Assembly: GCA_951406725.2 (NCBI GenBank)
Contig: OX597826.1
Span: 42,284,001-42,348,000 of the forward strand
Reading direction: 5' to 3'
DNA from: Octopus vulgaris
Lineage: Eukaryota
DNA length: 64,000 nt
This document shows positions 39,735 through 53,844 of the stretch, in pieces (the stretch's first letter is position 1; the number at the start of each line of letters is the position of its first letter). The position numbers were made by a program, and so were the translations under genes. The notes beneath the pieces were generated by a model. That model was not told the origin of the DNA and ran no database searches. It saw only the letters and a list, made by a program, of their open reading frames with translations.

Positions 39735-40830
39735 TAGATAGATACATACATACATACACACACACATATATATATGTATATATACATACACATATATATA
39801 TACATACATACACACATACGTACATACATGCATACATGCATGCATACATACATACATACATACATACATACATACATACATACATACATACATACATACA
39901 TACATACATGCATACACTCAAAAGAGTACAAACAATATATTACCATTTGTTTGCAACTAATGTTAATATTTACCTCGAGATGATTGAATTGATTAAATAT
40001 ATAACAGACTAAGTTAGTTGTAAAATATCGAGAGATAGAGTAGTAACGTATACTAAACAGTAAAGTTAGTCGCCACATCAAAGTGGCTGTTGAATGTTAC
40101 TACTAGTTTAACACCAGGCAGTTTCTCCGCCAGCTGGTTATCGGTGAGACACTCAGCACCCTTTATATACAATACATTGCCAGAAGGGGGAGCGAATACC
40201 TACCACCCTCTAGCAGCAAAATGGTATCATAATGTCTGAATGAAAACTAATCTACAAAATGACGAGAATTGTAACAAAAATGTAAGTAGAAAATACATAA
40301 TTCATTAGTCTCGTCCAGTCAGGGGCAATTTGCAATCCACGAGATTTCCTAAATTTCTCACCTAAATTATTTGCAAACTGTGGTCAGCCTGACATCAAAC
40401 CAAGTCTCATGCGGCCACCTTCTCTAAAAATGATCTCCATAACATAACTCGTCTAGTCGACACTGTTCATATATATCCTTATGACAGGTGACTTGCCTTC
40501 AGTAAACTTTAATGAGAGACAAGCGCAGCAATAGATATAATATTAATATATATAGATATAATATTAATATATATATGTTTTTCAAGCGATGAATAGCTTT
40601 GCGTAAACCATGGTTCGCTTTTTTCTCTTACTTTATTATCATCTTATAATCATCTCATAATAAAGACTTTTATGACTCTTATTACTACCTCAGTCAATCT
40701 AAATGTATATATTTGTCGTTACTTGTCATAAATGGCTTTTTTTATTTGCAATGTACATTTTCGTTGATTTTTCATATTTTACCCTTACATTTCCACGTGT
40801 ATTTTATATTTTCTTTTTGTAACATATTTC

Positions 40831-40901
<71 letters not shown>

Positions 40902-41153
40902 TTTATATATATAGGGGGAGAGAGGGAGAGAGAGAGAAAATGAGGCGTTTAGTTCACATGTGATCTGAACGAATAGGTACGCTGGGTAAGTGCTATAGTT
41001 GGTCGATCTTTAAGTTCCAAGATCACAACTAAGGTTGGATCTAGGAATCCGTGTTAGGGTTCCGTTATAGCAGATATATATAGCAGATACTCGTTCTGCC
41101 TTGGTTTTGATTTTTCCTCTGATATTACACACACACACACACACTCATGCACT

Positions 41154-41289
<136 letters not shown>

Positions 41290-41936
41290 AAGAGAGACAG
41301 AGAGAGAGAGATACAGATATAGATATATTTTGATAATAGACGTAAACTCTCTGATGGGAAGTCAAAACAACAGTTATTGTCTTCGTTTTACATCTGCAAC
41401 CAAGTATTTAATTATTATGAAAACACGGCTCGACATTAAACTAGTTATCCAGACATGTTGTTATCTTTCTAATACTACACGCACATGTGAGAGTACTCAC
41501 CCACGCACTTCACTCTTAAATACACACATCAATGTGCGTGTGGGCGATTGAACATAAATATACGCACCACTTAGATACACATACGAGCACATATCTGTTT
41601 CTGTTTATGTCGGTAATTTATTTACGTACACACCGATACGTGTGCAAATACAGACAGACACACATACACACACACACACATATACAGGTGTATGTACCTA
41701 CACCTACTGCATTTCTACTATCTCTACGCAAGCATATGTGTATTCATATATGTATGCATGTATGTTTATATATGTGCTATTGTGCGCGTTTCCCCAAGAT
41801 TGTTGGTCCTTCTAGCAGAACTTAAGTCCATCGCTAACGAACTGAGAAGGGGTTTTTTTTTTAGTGTTTCGGAATGTTTCGAATATATAGGTGAGTTAAT
41901 GTGTGCCTATATATTTTTATGGATATATATTCTTGT

Positions 41937-42208
41937 CATGCTGAATGTCCCCGAGAACTACGTTAAGGGTACACGTGTCTGTGGAGTGCTCAGCCACTTG
42001 CACGTTAATAAATGAGCTGCGACGTCACTGGTGCCAAGCTGTATCGGCCTTTGTCTTTCCCTTGGATAACATCGGTGGCGTGGAGAGGGGAGATTGGTAT
42101 GCGTGGGCGACTGCTGGTCTTCCATAAACAACCTTGCCCAGAATTGTGCTTCGGAAGGTAACCTTCTAGGAGTAATACCATGGTCATTCACGACCGAAGG
42201 GGGTCACA
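41937..42208 (+). mobile_element. Chimeric SINE (family A internal piece fused to the family D 3' half)
   Basis: 12-bp TSD atatattcttgt at 41925-41936 and 42209-42220; junction near 42008. Confidence 0.8.
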
Positions 42209-42444
42209 ATATATTCTTGTATTCATGAAATGGATATACGTGTATCTTTCCGATTGTGCGTGATTTCTTTTTATGAATATCTGCGCATGCGATAAGAGCA
42301 CACCTGGTTGAGGAAATTCAAATGGTGTATCCCTGGAATGCTTTACAAATTGCCACTGTTGCTTTTCGCGAATACGTGTCAGTTTCTGTTCTGTTCTTCC
42401 GGAAAACCAAACTATTCAGAAGTTTTTTTTTTTTTTTTTTTTTG

Positions 42445-42852
42445 TAGGAGTGGCTGTGTGGTACGTTGCTTTCTTACGAGCCACATGGTTCCGCGTTCAG
42501 TCCCACTGCGCGGCACCTTGGGCAAGTGTCTTCTACTATAGCCTCAGGCCGACCAAAGCCTTGTGAGTGAATTTGGTAGACGGAAACTGAAAGAAGCCCG
42601 TCGTCTATATGTATATATACATATGTGTGTGTGTGTGGGGGTGGTGTATGGTTGTGTGTCTGTGTTTGTCTCCCAACATAGCTTGACAACTGACGCTGGT
42701 GTGTTTACGTCTCCGTAACTTAGCGGTTCGGCAAAAGAGACCGATAGAATAAGTACTAGGCTTACAAAGAATAAGTCCTAGGGTCGATTTGCTTGACTAA
42801 AGGCGGTGCTCCAGCATGGCCACAGTCAAATGACTGAAACAAGTAAAAGAGT
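42445..42852 (+). mobile_element. SINE family B
   Basis: Family B head, body and tail. Confidence 0.85.
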
Positions 42853-42899
42853 ATATCTGTTGATACAAATGAAAATCCAGATAGAAAGTTATAAATCAA

Positions 42900-43270
42900 C
42901 GCATTGATTCTCCACAAAGATTTTCTTTTCTTTTGCATAGTTTTAACCGAGACATTCCCAGCCTCTGGACAGTTTACCTCTACAACCGTGCATGATTTTT
43001 CTATCTTTTTCTATATTAAACCATCAAGTCTGTGGTGTTTTTATCGGAATGTCGTTAATAGGATATTTCACGTATATTTCTTCTGGTTCAGGTATGTCTT
43101 TGTTATGGTCATTACGACAATCTTTTTTGCAATTAGCATTGTAAGTGCTTTCAGCACTAAAGCCATGTCTCATGGGAAGGTACTACCTTGTAAATATTCT
43201 AGGGTAGCTCATGACGATGTGGATGATATCTTCCACATCTATATTGTACAATTACATTTTCTATCGTAGT
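42900..43270 (-). mobile_element. Degraded RLE-type (R4-like) LINE fragment: CCHC knuckle and endonuclease start
   Basis: Frameshifted minus-strand translation gives KC..EDIIHIV...YLPMRH...IPIKT...CTVVEVNCP. Confidence 0.5.
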
Positions 43271-43739
43271 TTTAGTAGGATATTATTATCATTGCTCAAG
43301 TGTTTAATAGCTACCACCTGTTACTGAATAGCAAAAGTGTTTCGTCCAAGGTGAAAGGTAATATATCTGTCAGATATCGAAGTCAGACTACACTTTCTGA
43401 CATTGTTGTTAGCATTTTTACCATTTAGTCAGGTGGAGGTGAGACAATGCACTTGATGCATATTTCACAGCTTCAGTGAATGAAGAAACTGAAAATCTCG
43501 TCCAAATGCGTTCAACAGAATACAACTTTTTAAAGCCACCCATGTGTTAAACTGAGAGATAGATAAGTCTACCACCCCTGAACTCAGGACCATCCATCTC
43601 GCCAGCCAGCCATTCATTCATCCATCCTTCTAGCTAGCTTGTTCGCTAATTATCTGTCCCTCTATCAATCTTTCCATCCATCTATCTATCGATCTATTTA
43701 TCTGACTATCTGTCTGCCTGTCTGACTATCAATTTATCT

Positions 43740-43860
43740 ATCTATCCATCCATCCATCCATCCATCCATCCATCCATCCATCCATCAATCCATCCATCCA
43801 TCCATCTATCCATCCATCCATCCATCCATCCATCCATCCATCCATCCATCCATCCATCTA

Positions 43861-43909
<49 letters not shown>

Positions 43910-43930
43910 ATGTCTGTCTGTCTGTCTGTA

Positions 43931-43965
<35 letters not shown>

Positions 43966-43974
43966 TCATTCATC

Positions 43975-44023
<49 letters not shown>
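43740..44023. repeat. Compound (CATC)n(TGTC)n(TATC)n microsatellite
   Basis: Directly visible. Confidence 0.95.
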
Positions 44024-44242
44024 CCAACACACACAAGATCTACACATATTTAAATATGAATCACTGACAATTTTCTAACTATATCGGCAATAATGAAAAG
44101 CAAACAAAAAAAAAACAAAAATTATATTTTTTAATATGTTTTTCTTATTCAGACAACAAGTCTAGAATAAGATAAATCAGATTTCGTCATAAGAGTCATC
44201 TGTCTCTAAATATTGAACAAGTTGTAGTAGCTATAAACCTAC

Positions 44243-44313
44243 CTTTATCGAAGTTTGGCGGCAGACGTTTATCATAGACTTGTTCTCGCAACATAACTTG
44301 TATCAGCAAAGAT
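44243..44313 (-). CDS. Cys-loop anion channel (GlyR-like) subunit, first identified coding exon (N-terminal helix, YDKRLPP motif)
   Basis: Minus strand reads cttcttcag|A TCT TTG...AAA G|gtaggt and translates (R)SLLIQVMLREQVYDKRLPPNFDK, matching the YDxRxRP motif of Cys-loop receptors. The phase-1 end joins the next exon as G+AT=Asp. Confidence 0.88.
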
Positions 44314-44454
44314 CTGAAGAAGAGGTAGAAGCATTAGTCACAGTAGATCTAGTTGATATAGTAGAAGCAATAGTTAAAAGTATTGTTAGTAGGTAAGCTT
44401 TATCTATGTGTAACATGCTTAAACTACCATAACAACAACAATAATTGTGATTTA

Positions 44455-45250
44455 AAATTTTAGCACAAGGCCAGCAGTTTCTAGGGAGGGGTTAAGTCGA
44501 TTACACCGACCGCAGTACTTGACTGGTACTTATTTTGTCGAACCCGAAAGGATGACAGGCAATGTCAAACTGGACGAAATTTGAACTCAGAACGTGAAGA
44601 CAGACGAAATGCCGCGTGCAAGCGATTCTACCAGCTTGCCGCCTTAACGAAGATTACAATAATAATCCTTTCTACTATAGGCACAAGGCCTGGAATTCGG
44701 GGGAAGGGGTTAAGTCAATTGCATTGACCCCAGTACTCAACTGATACTTATTTTATCGACCCCGAAAAGATGAAAGGCAAAGTCGACCTCGGCAGAATTT
44801 GAACTCAGAACGTAACAGCAGGAGAGATACCTATTTCTTTACTACCCACAAGGAGCTAAACACAGAGAGGACAAACAAGGGGCAGACAAACGGATTAAGT
44901 CGATCACATCGACCCCAGTGCGTAACTGGTGCTTACTTTATCGACCCCGAAAGGATGAAAGGTAAAGTCGACCTCGGCAGAATTTGAACTCAGAACGTAA
45001 CAGCAGACGAAATACCAATTTCTTTACTACCCACAAGGGGCTAAACACAGAGAGGACAAACAAGGGCAGACAAACGGATTAAGTCGATCACATCGACCCC
45101 AGTGCGTAACTGGTGCTTAATTTATCGACTCCGAAAGGACGAAAGGTAAAGTCGACCTCGGTGGAATTTGAACTCAGAACGTAACGGCAGACGAAATACC
45201 GCTAAGCATCTCGCACGACGTGCTAACGCTTCTGCTACCTTGCCACATTG
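44455..45250 (-). mobile_element. Head-to-tail cluster of SINE family C units
   Basis: gaactcagaacg recurs at about 44583, 44801, 44987 and 45170. Confidence 0.85.
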
Positions 45251-45957
45251 AAGATTACGATAATAATGGCGATAAAAGCGCAATAGCAATAACGATTATC
45301 CGCCTGATATGCACACAAGACGATAGACTACTTTAGTGATGGGGATGGCGGTGGTCAAGGTAGAGATGATAGGTGGATGACTTAGTTTATTATGTCGATC
45401 CTATTATTTAACTGGTAAAGCTTTTTTTCGACTCCCGAAAGATGAAAAATAAATTTAATAATATCCTGCAGAATTTTAACTCTAATCATATAGGACATCA
45501 AAAAAATACTGCTAGGTATTTTTTCCGAGACTAACGATTCAGCTAATCCATAACAACTTCAACAACTCCAAGGAAGGAGCCTGTTTGTCTTTGCTAGAAA
45601 TAGCAGACAACTCTCCCTTTAAAAAAGCACACTGAAGGTGAAGTATCTGTTTGACCATATAGTCAGATTTATATAAAAAGACAAGCTAGTCATTATTGTA
45701 ACGCCTCTGGCCACAAATCTAATAGATTAGGACCTTGGAGGCACACAAGAAAAGTTTAGCATTTCACAACAGTAACTATACACGGCACTATATAACTACA
45801 GTAAACAATATTTCACTATATATATATGTGTGTGAGTGTATGTGTGCATGTGTATATATGTGTGTATATGCGCGGTGCATTCATGTGTGCATGAATATAC
45901 ATACGGGAATGTATATATATATATATACCCATATGTATACCTATATATCAATACATC

Positions 45958-46042
<85 letters not shown>

Positions 46043-46567
46043 TTACACACACTCACACGTATATTTAAAACAGTAAACAACACTACATTGTATAATCAAC
46101 AGTATTCAATACTCCGTACACAACACTACACTCAAACCACACACTGCTGTCTGAATTGAAGGAAACATCGGACAATATTAAACTAAAAGATGAGATGGTC
46201 ATCACTGGAATGTGCTTGATCATAGGTTTGCTCAAAAACAGAAGAGATTATTTGGAGCTAATTATCATTGTCACCGCAAAAATACAGATTATTTTGTGCA
46301 TTAGGTTTTATCTGTGTCTTTATGCTAACGAATATAAATCAACTTAGAAATAAAAAAGACATCAATAACGTCTTTCGATTGAATAGAATGTCGCTAATTA
46401 TGTTTATGCAAAGGAGGTGTTTTGATTAATGAGCTGCTAATACTTTTCCCCAGTGAGTTGTTGATGTAATGGAGTAAATCAGAGGATATTTCTTCATGAG
46501 AGTGAAACTGCGTTGGGTCGTGATTTGCAGCAGCCTCTTTCCTCGGCTAAAACTATTACTATTGCTA

Positions 46568-46804
46568 GCATAGGGCTGCGAGCTGGCAGAAACGTTAGCA
46601 CGCCGGGCGAAATATTTAGCGGTATTTCGTCTGCCGTTACGCTCTGAGTTCAAATTCCGCCGAGGTCGACTTTGCCTTTCATCCTTTCGGGGTCGATTAA
46701 ATAAGTACCAGTTACGCACTGGGGTCGATGTAATCGACTTCATCCCTTTGTCTGTTCTTGTTTGTCCCCTCTATGTTTAGCCCTCTGTGGGCAATAAATA
46801 AATA
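46568..46804 (+). mobile_element. Full-length SINE family C
   Basis: 14-bp TSD tattactattgcta at 46554-46567 and 46805-46818. Confidence 0.88.
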
Positions 46805-47159
46805 TATTACTATTGCTATCAAAACAGGACCAGCTTATTTATTCGTCACAATATACACAATTGACAGGACTTGGATCAGGACCGGATTATAAAGCAATCA
46901 ATGTAAGCAAGATAGGTAAGGACAGATTTATATTTGTCGCTATAGACCAAATCATAGTGCCATATAGTATATTAGTCACCACAAGTCAGCAGGTTATATA
47001 TTAGCCGCTATACACATAAGTGTATAAAATGTCAGTTGCCTTTTGCACACCTGAGGAAGCTGAATTATAAATTAGTGGTTTCAGTCACTATTGAGAGTGT
47101 TGTGTAGTCTCTCTGAACACAAATCACAAATAATCCAGTATTTTAGTTCTCCTAACAGT

Positions 47160-48200
47160 GAGCTATAGAAATAATATTCTCAACTGGACTCTAAATGAAT
47201 TAGCATGACTAGATAGAAAACCAATGATTGCTTTTAGAATATGCCAGAAAATGATGGTATGTACAAAGAATATAAGAAGGCAGAAACCTAAGTTAATAAA
47301 AGTTTTGCAAAGTATACACTGAAGAATTATATAAGTATCTTGTAAAGAACAATGAAGAGACTATAAAAAGCTACAGATACGGACGAAATAGAGAAAATTT
47401 GTTGTCAAGGAAGCTAATAAATATAAAGTAGAAACCGAAATAAAGAAGGGGAAAGTTGAAACAACAGAAATTGGGAAAAAGGTAAAATTTAGCAAAAAAA
47501 AATAATAATAAAGGTAAACAATATCATGTCAATGTAATAGTAAGAAAATTGTTCACATGGCCAATACCTGTCCGATAAAAAGAAAAAGAAGAAGCTATGT
47601 AGAAAAATTGCAGTACTGGTTGAAAATTTGCAGGACACAAAGGTAATACTGGTGGGGTATTGCTTGTGACATTGGGTCAAATCATTCCTGCGAGAATCCG
47701 CCAAAGGTTATAATGAAATACAATATATTAATTAATTGCAGGATATGAAGAAATTTGGAAGTAATACTTTATCGCTTGACATTGTCTCTTGATATTGCCT
47801 CTAGACATTGTACAATTTAAGCCAAGAGAGAATATATCGATATTTATAAAAGAGTTCTCTGCTCAGGAAATTATATTCGCATTACGAATTATATCAGCAT
47901 TAAGAGCCTAATAGAAAAGCTGCGGTTTAACTATACACCAGAAAAATATTTCAGAGAATGAGAAAGCGACTTTTCTCTGGGATATGCCAGTCTAGTTAGA
48001 TAGGGAGAACAAGGTTAATCGGCTAGGTATTGTTGTAAAAGAAAACCCAGAGATGTTATCCGAATCTGGGTACTGAAGCTGAAACAATCGATAATATAAA
48101 AGGTGCCTTGGAATAATTTAAAACATACATAAAATAGAAAAATAAAACCCGAGACTTACAGATATGGAAAACAGACAGAGGATAGCATGTCTACACATTG
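47160..48200 (+). mobile_element. Highly degraded RLE-type (R4/Dong-like) LINE
   Basis: Remnant ENEKATFLWDMPV..DRENKVNRLGIVVKE at about 47955-48045 parallels the intact WDFPVHTDRTIKANKPDIVVKD at about 60780-60846. Confidence 0.5.
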
Positions 48201-48502
48201 CACGCCTATTGGTTTCAAATTATGGCATAAGAGCAGCAATTTGGGGGAATGGCTAATCGATTACATCGACCCCAGTGTTCCACTGCTACTTATTTTACCG
48301 ATCGCAAAAGGAAGAAAGGCAAAGTTGAGCTCATGGTGAATTTGAATTCAGAACGTAAAGACGAACGAAATGTCGCTACGCATTTTTCCCGGAGTGCTAA
48401 CAATTCTACCAACTCGCCGCCTTAGACTCTACACACATATTACACAGAGTAATTTTAATAGAATTAAAAATACTGCACCACAACACAAGACATATCCAAG
48501 GT

Positions 48503-48892
48503 GGATGGAAGCACTCCGTCGGTTACGACGATGAGGGTTCCGGTTGATCCGAATCAACGGAACAGCCTGCTCGTGAAATTCACGTGTAAGTGGCTGAGCA
48601 CTCCACAGACACGTGCACCCTTAACGTAGTTCTCGGGGATATTCAGCGTGACACAGAGAGTGACAAGGCCGGCCCCTTGAAATACAGGTACAACAGAAAC
48701 AGGAAGTAAGAGTGAGAGAAAGTTGTGGTGAAAGAGTACAGCAGGGATCACCACCATCCCCTGCCGGAGCCTCGTGGAGCTTTTAGGTGTTTTCGCTCAA
48801 TAAACACTCACAACGCCCGGTCTGGGAATCGAAACCGCGATCCTATGACCGCGAGTCCGCTGCCCTGACCACTGGGTCATTGCGCCTCCACT
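48503..48892 (-). mobile_element. Full-length SINE family A
   Basis: 11-bp TSD atatccaaggt at 48492-48502 and 48893-48903. Confidence 0.9.
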
Positions 48893-49415
48893 ATATCCAA
48901 GGTACCCAGACATTGGATAGACACTACGCAGAAAACATTGCGTGAAAATAAGGCTATTTGAAAGAAAAAATAAACCGGTTTTTATATTTACCACAAAGGA
49001 GAATCTTATGTGCACAATCTATAATCTCATATACACATAAAAACATAAGTTAATGCCCCAGTATCTCTCTTTCTGTCGAGTGAATTAAAGTAAGACAGAG
49101 AGTACTGGAGATATACACATATAATATTTACTAATAACGTTTTGATCTTTACATTATCTATAGTGAATGAAAAGTTATTTTCCCATTAGGTTGGTTCCTG
49201 CTCCATTAAGAGAGCCTATTTTAAGAGCGGTACATGATTGTCATCGGTACACATTTTTTTATGCACATTCTCCATTACACGCACACACTCACATATATAC
49301 AATGTAACACATACACATATGTGTGTATGAATATATGTATGCATATATGTATGTATGTATGCATGTACATATGCATGCGTGAGCGTGTGTATATATATAT
49401 ACGTATATACATATT

Positions 49416-49454
<39 letters not shown>

Positions 49455-49715
49455 AGCACACACACATATATATATATCAAGTTTATATACACATACATAT
49501 GTATACATACACATATCCATTTACATACACATGTTACGTATATATGTGTATACATATATGTATACACATACGTTTATATACATATGCATATAGATATAAA
49601 GTTGTATCTATATTATGTATGTACATATATGTTATATACATACATGTATACGTGTGTGATTATATATAATTGAACAAATATATACACACATGCACATACA
49701 CACACACACACACAG

Positions 49716-49750
<35 letters not shown>

Positions 49751-49999
49751 TATACATCATCTACGTACTCACATAAAGTAACTGCGCAAAAAAAACTGCA
49801 AGATGTCGATACTCTCAAACACACACACACACACACACAAATATATACACATATACACGTTGAAATACATCACAAGTCCACATATATGTACGCTCACAAA
49901 TGTAACATGTACAGTACGCATTCCACCGCGCAAACATATACACCATATGCACCAGCGCATATAAGGAAAAACACGGACATACATACATACATACATACA

Positions 50000-50035
<36 letters not shown>

Positions 50036-50761
50036 TACACACACACTTTCAAGAGCATTCTTAGTTGTATACACACTCCGATACACATACACACACCCAT
50101 ACAGTCACATCGTGTATATACTCTACCATGAAAGCTCACATATAAACGTCGTTATTAATCGCATACAGCAACAGATAGCGTGACTTAACAAAAATCAAAG
50201 TGAAACTGAATGAATCATTGATCTGACGATTTCCTACCGCTTCCACAGACGGACTTAGCCATCAATATGGCTTATGTAAACACAGTCTTTCAGATGAGCA
50301 TTCAGACAAGACATACACACACACACTAAGATACCTTCATACCCACTGACACTTATGAATATATGTATCGGTGTGTGTGTGTATGTGTGTGTATATATAT
50401 ATTGATACAGGTGCACTAAGAAACAGTGTAATCAGTAACCATCGTCGTCTTTGTTCGTTGTCATCGTCGTCGTCGTCGTCGTCATTGTCAAATATGCTTT
50501 GAAAACGCTGCTTTCTTGGTAGCAATGGTGGAATATGCTACTCTGCTAGTGAAGGTGACTTTTAAAAGAGTGCTCTGTAACCTCTATATACTTTGTGTTA
50601 CTGGTAGCGAAATCTCTCTGATATGCAATATTTCTCTCTATGTATTTATTTAATTAGGAGGCAAAATTTTATTTAGGCAACGGCTAATCGATTTTTTATC
50701 CCACCTTTGTTTATAATATTTTTCATTCTAATTTTTATCGATAGGAGTCAAATGTTATGCA

Positions 50762-51618
50762 TACAGGGTGTTTGGGTTAAATTTGGCGATTTTTCATGTT
50801 TTCAGGAAGAGCTTGGTGTTCTGGTGAACAGTCAACGACACTGGGGAGCGTAAGATAAAAGTTGGAGTTGAGAAAAAGTTAGCTGATATGGGAGACTGAA
50901 ATTCATCTGAATATTGGAAAAAGAGTAGCCTGTATCATGATGATTCGCGGCGGGTAGCAACATGCCTACATCATAATAGCTGCTCAGTTAGCTGTGAACA
51001 CTGTAAAGGCTGTAAGGCATGACATGGACAGCTGCCACGGAGACTACGAAGCTGTGGTCAACTTGAAGGAACACAGTAGGTGTTCTGATTGCGTCCGCAG
51101 GCCTATTTCATCCAACAGTTGAAGCCTTAAGCTCAATTCAAACGGCTTTGTGAAGTTGTTGGTGACAGTGGTCAATCATTAGTTGGAGAGGGGTGGAAGA
51201 CCATATGTGTATATAGCTGAAGTATTCGGCTCATTGTCGGAGAATTTTTATGACTTCACCAGCCTCATTTGCTGGTCTCGTAATTCTCCCGATTGTATTC
51301 CCAAGGATTACTATGTGTGGGATACTGTTGAGAAAGACACCAACCACTCTACCTGCAACACTAAGGCCGAACTGATGGCCAAGATTTAGATGTTCGAAGA
51401 ATTTCCAGGGACACAGTGAAGAACGCATGGACCAGGTTTCGGAGTCATCTTGGGGCCATGATAGGAGTTGAGGATGGCTACTTCGAGTAAACTGATATCT
51501 CCCATCCATGACCCAGTTGGTATTTTTTTTATTTTTAAAAATACTTTTATTTTTGGATAAGATATTTATTCTCTTTTCTTTTTATGCAAACTGGCAGATT
51601 TAGCCCGAACCCTCTGTA
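50762..51618 (+). mobile_element. Defective Tc1/mariner-superfamily transposon (DD37D/maT-like)
   Basis: TA-bounded degenerate TIRs (tacagggtgtttgggttaaatttgg / agatttagcccgaaccctctgta). Remnants WSRNSPDCIPKDYYVWDTVE (WPPNSPDLNPLDY motif) and RFRSHLGAMIGVEDGYFE-stop. Confidence 0.78.
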
Positions 51619-52593
51619 TAATGTTACATGCAGTCTACTACACCGAGCAACCGTTATATGTTAAAATCCGCTGTGAAAATCATTGTTGCGAAATATTTTT
51701 TCCCCCTAAGTTTGAAACATTTCCTGAGCGACCACAAATTCCACCGACTTTTCATTAGAAAATAATGTGAAAATCAGCTCCAGTTACATTGGAAGCATAT
51801 CTAACATAATATTAAGCCAAAACTGAAAATTATTGCAAACGAAAATAAAGTAAATAAATTCAATATACAAATTTTGGTATACAGGGTTAGATCCGGCAAA
51901 GAGCAATTGCAGAGAGAAAAGCAACCAGCCTAACATCAACAAGCTACATATCTTTTACAAAACACTGCTTCAAAAAGATCTGCACTAGCACAACAGCTTA
52001 TTCTGTCATCGTACAAGGAAAATGCCAGAGCACATCTGGTACTCGAAAGAAAAAAGTGACCCACTAATACATTATGGACAATATCAGGTGAGACAAAAAC
52101 ATTTCAGAATTGAAGTACTAAGACCCTTTCGCTGCGGAAAATATTCTCCTCTCAGACACATGCAAGAACGCATTAACCCGTGAACTACGTCATTGGATCA
52201 TGAGACGCAAGCGTTTCTGCGTTTTTTTTCTTTTTTCTTGTGTTGTCTGTTAAGAATACCAAATCTATCCTTCACAGCCCGATAGGAACAATTAGTTCAT
52301 ATATTAAAATTTTATTTGTCGGTGTGCATAAAAGTTAGCCAAGCTAGAATTTAAATAAATACTTTACACGAATTATATTTTATTTAACGATGCTTCATTG
52401 ATTTGGCGTTCGTTGCTTACGATGTGAAAGTACGCAGAAATTTATCTGTCCGACGGACCAATGAGAGCATTTATAGCCCAATATGTTTTCAAATATGCCA
52501 TCTAGCAAAATAATGTTCCCCGGAGAATATTTCAGCAGTGAAAGGCCTTCTACTTCCGAATGCATTCGAACGTATTAAATATAACCTATTATG

Positions 52594-52624
<31 letters not shown>

Positions 52625-52642
52625 AAGAGAGAGAGAGAGATT

Positions 52643-52736
<94 letters not shown>

Positions 52737-53194
52737 CAGACAGATAAACAGAGACAGACACAAAGATATAAAACGTTGCCTTTGTGTGTGTCTGTGTGTG
52801 TGTGTAGTTTATCTCGTGTGTACAAATTGATGTACGACTGCGACTGTTAAGTTCAGAGCTCCGCGTAGATTATCATCGCAGTCTGCTGACATATAGTGGT
52901 TAAGCAACTATCCATACTTAGTAGTATTACTAGTTATGAAATACAGGGTAAACGTAAGAGAAAATGACTGTAAACACAAGTTTATATTATTAGTTCCAAC
53001 GTACATTTCACAATTTTGGTGGCTCGGAGCCCTGCACTAGATGGTCAAGTGTGATTAAGCAAAACAGATAATCAGGGAACACTTTGTTGTATATTAGGTT
53101 ACAAAGAAGTAATTGTAGATTCCAAACAACCAAAATAGTGAAATATACATAAGGATCTAATGATATGAACATGTGCCTTTTATATTTTTCTATA

Positions 53195-53261
<67 letters not shown>

Positions 53262-53262
<1 letters not shown>

Positions 53263-53656
53263 TAGCAGTATCGCCCGGCGTTGCTCGGGTTTGTAAGGAA
53301 ATAATTATATAAGCATTTTTAGAGATGTAAAGTATAATAGCCATCTCAATATGGCTAACCACAAAGGGGGAGGGGTGTTACTGTAGCTTTTTACGTTCTG
53401 AGATTTAATAATAAATTTTAGAGAGTTACTTCCCTTATATATGTCAAAAATGGATTAAAAATGGGAAAAATTGATGGTAAATTTTTTTTTTAAATCGTAG
53501 ACTCATCGTAGACGTGCGCTAATACCCAGACGGTCTCGATATGAATCACGACTATAAGATACCCGGTTTTGGTTAAACTGCACCGCAAAATGTGGGAGTA
53601 GTTAGGAATCTAAATCGTAGGAGACAGACACACAACCTCACTTTTATATATAAAGA
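53262..53656 (-). mobile_element. Complete non-autonomous Helitron, copy 3 (variant interior)
   Basis: Same A|TC start and hairpin-CTAG|T end as 33214-33615, on the minus strand. Confidence 0.85.
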
Positions 53657-53719
53657 TTTCCTCTATTTACATAATATTGAGGTCTCTTTCTTTCTTTTGT
53701 TATCTTACTGTTTTTACCA

Positions 53720-53784
<65 letters not shown>

Positions 53785-53844
53785 CAGAGATGTACTTGCA
53801 TAGCAAGTGACTTGATCTGAGATCGTGTGCTGGAACGAAAACAG

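Noticed and set aside
50337-50525. RRRWLLITLFLSAP as a candidate signal-peptide exon
   Set aside because: An in-frame TAG lies just upstream, there is no in-frame ATG and no phase-2 donor.
51790-51936. MLGWLLFSLQLLFAGSNP hydrophobic ORF on the minus strand as a first exon
   Set aside because: The available GT donors are phase 0 or 1, whereas the next exon needs phase 2. It would work only with an unseen intervening exon.
52121-52549. Possible piggyBac-like MITE (ccctttcgctgc / gcagtgaaaggc ends)
   Set aside because: The inverted match is short and degenerate and TTAA target sites are not intact, so it is too weak to call.
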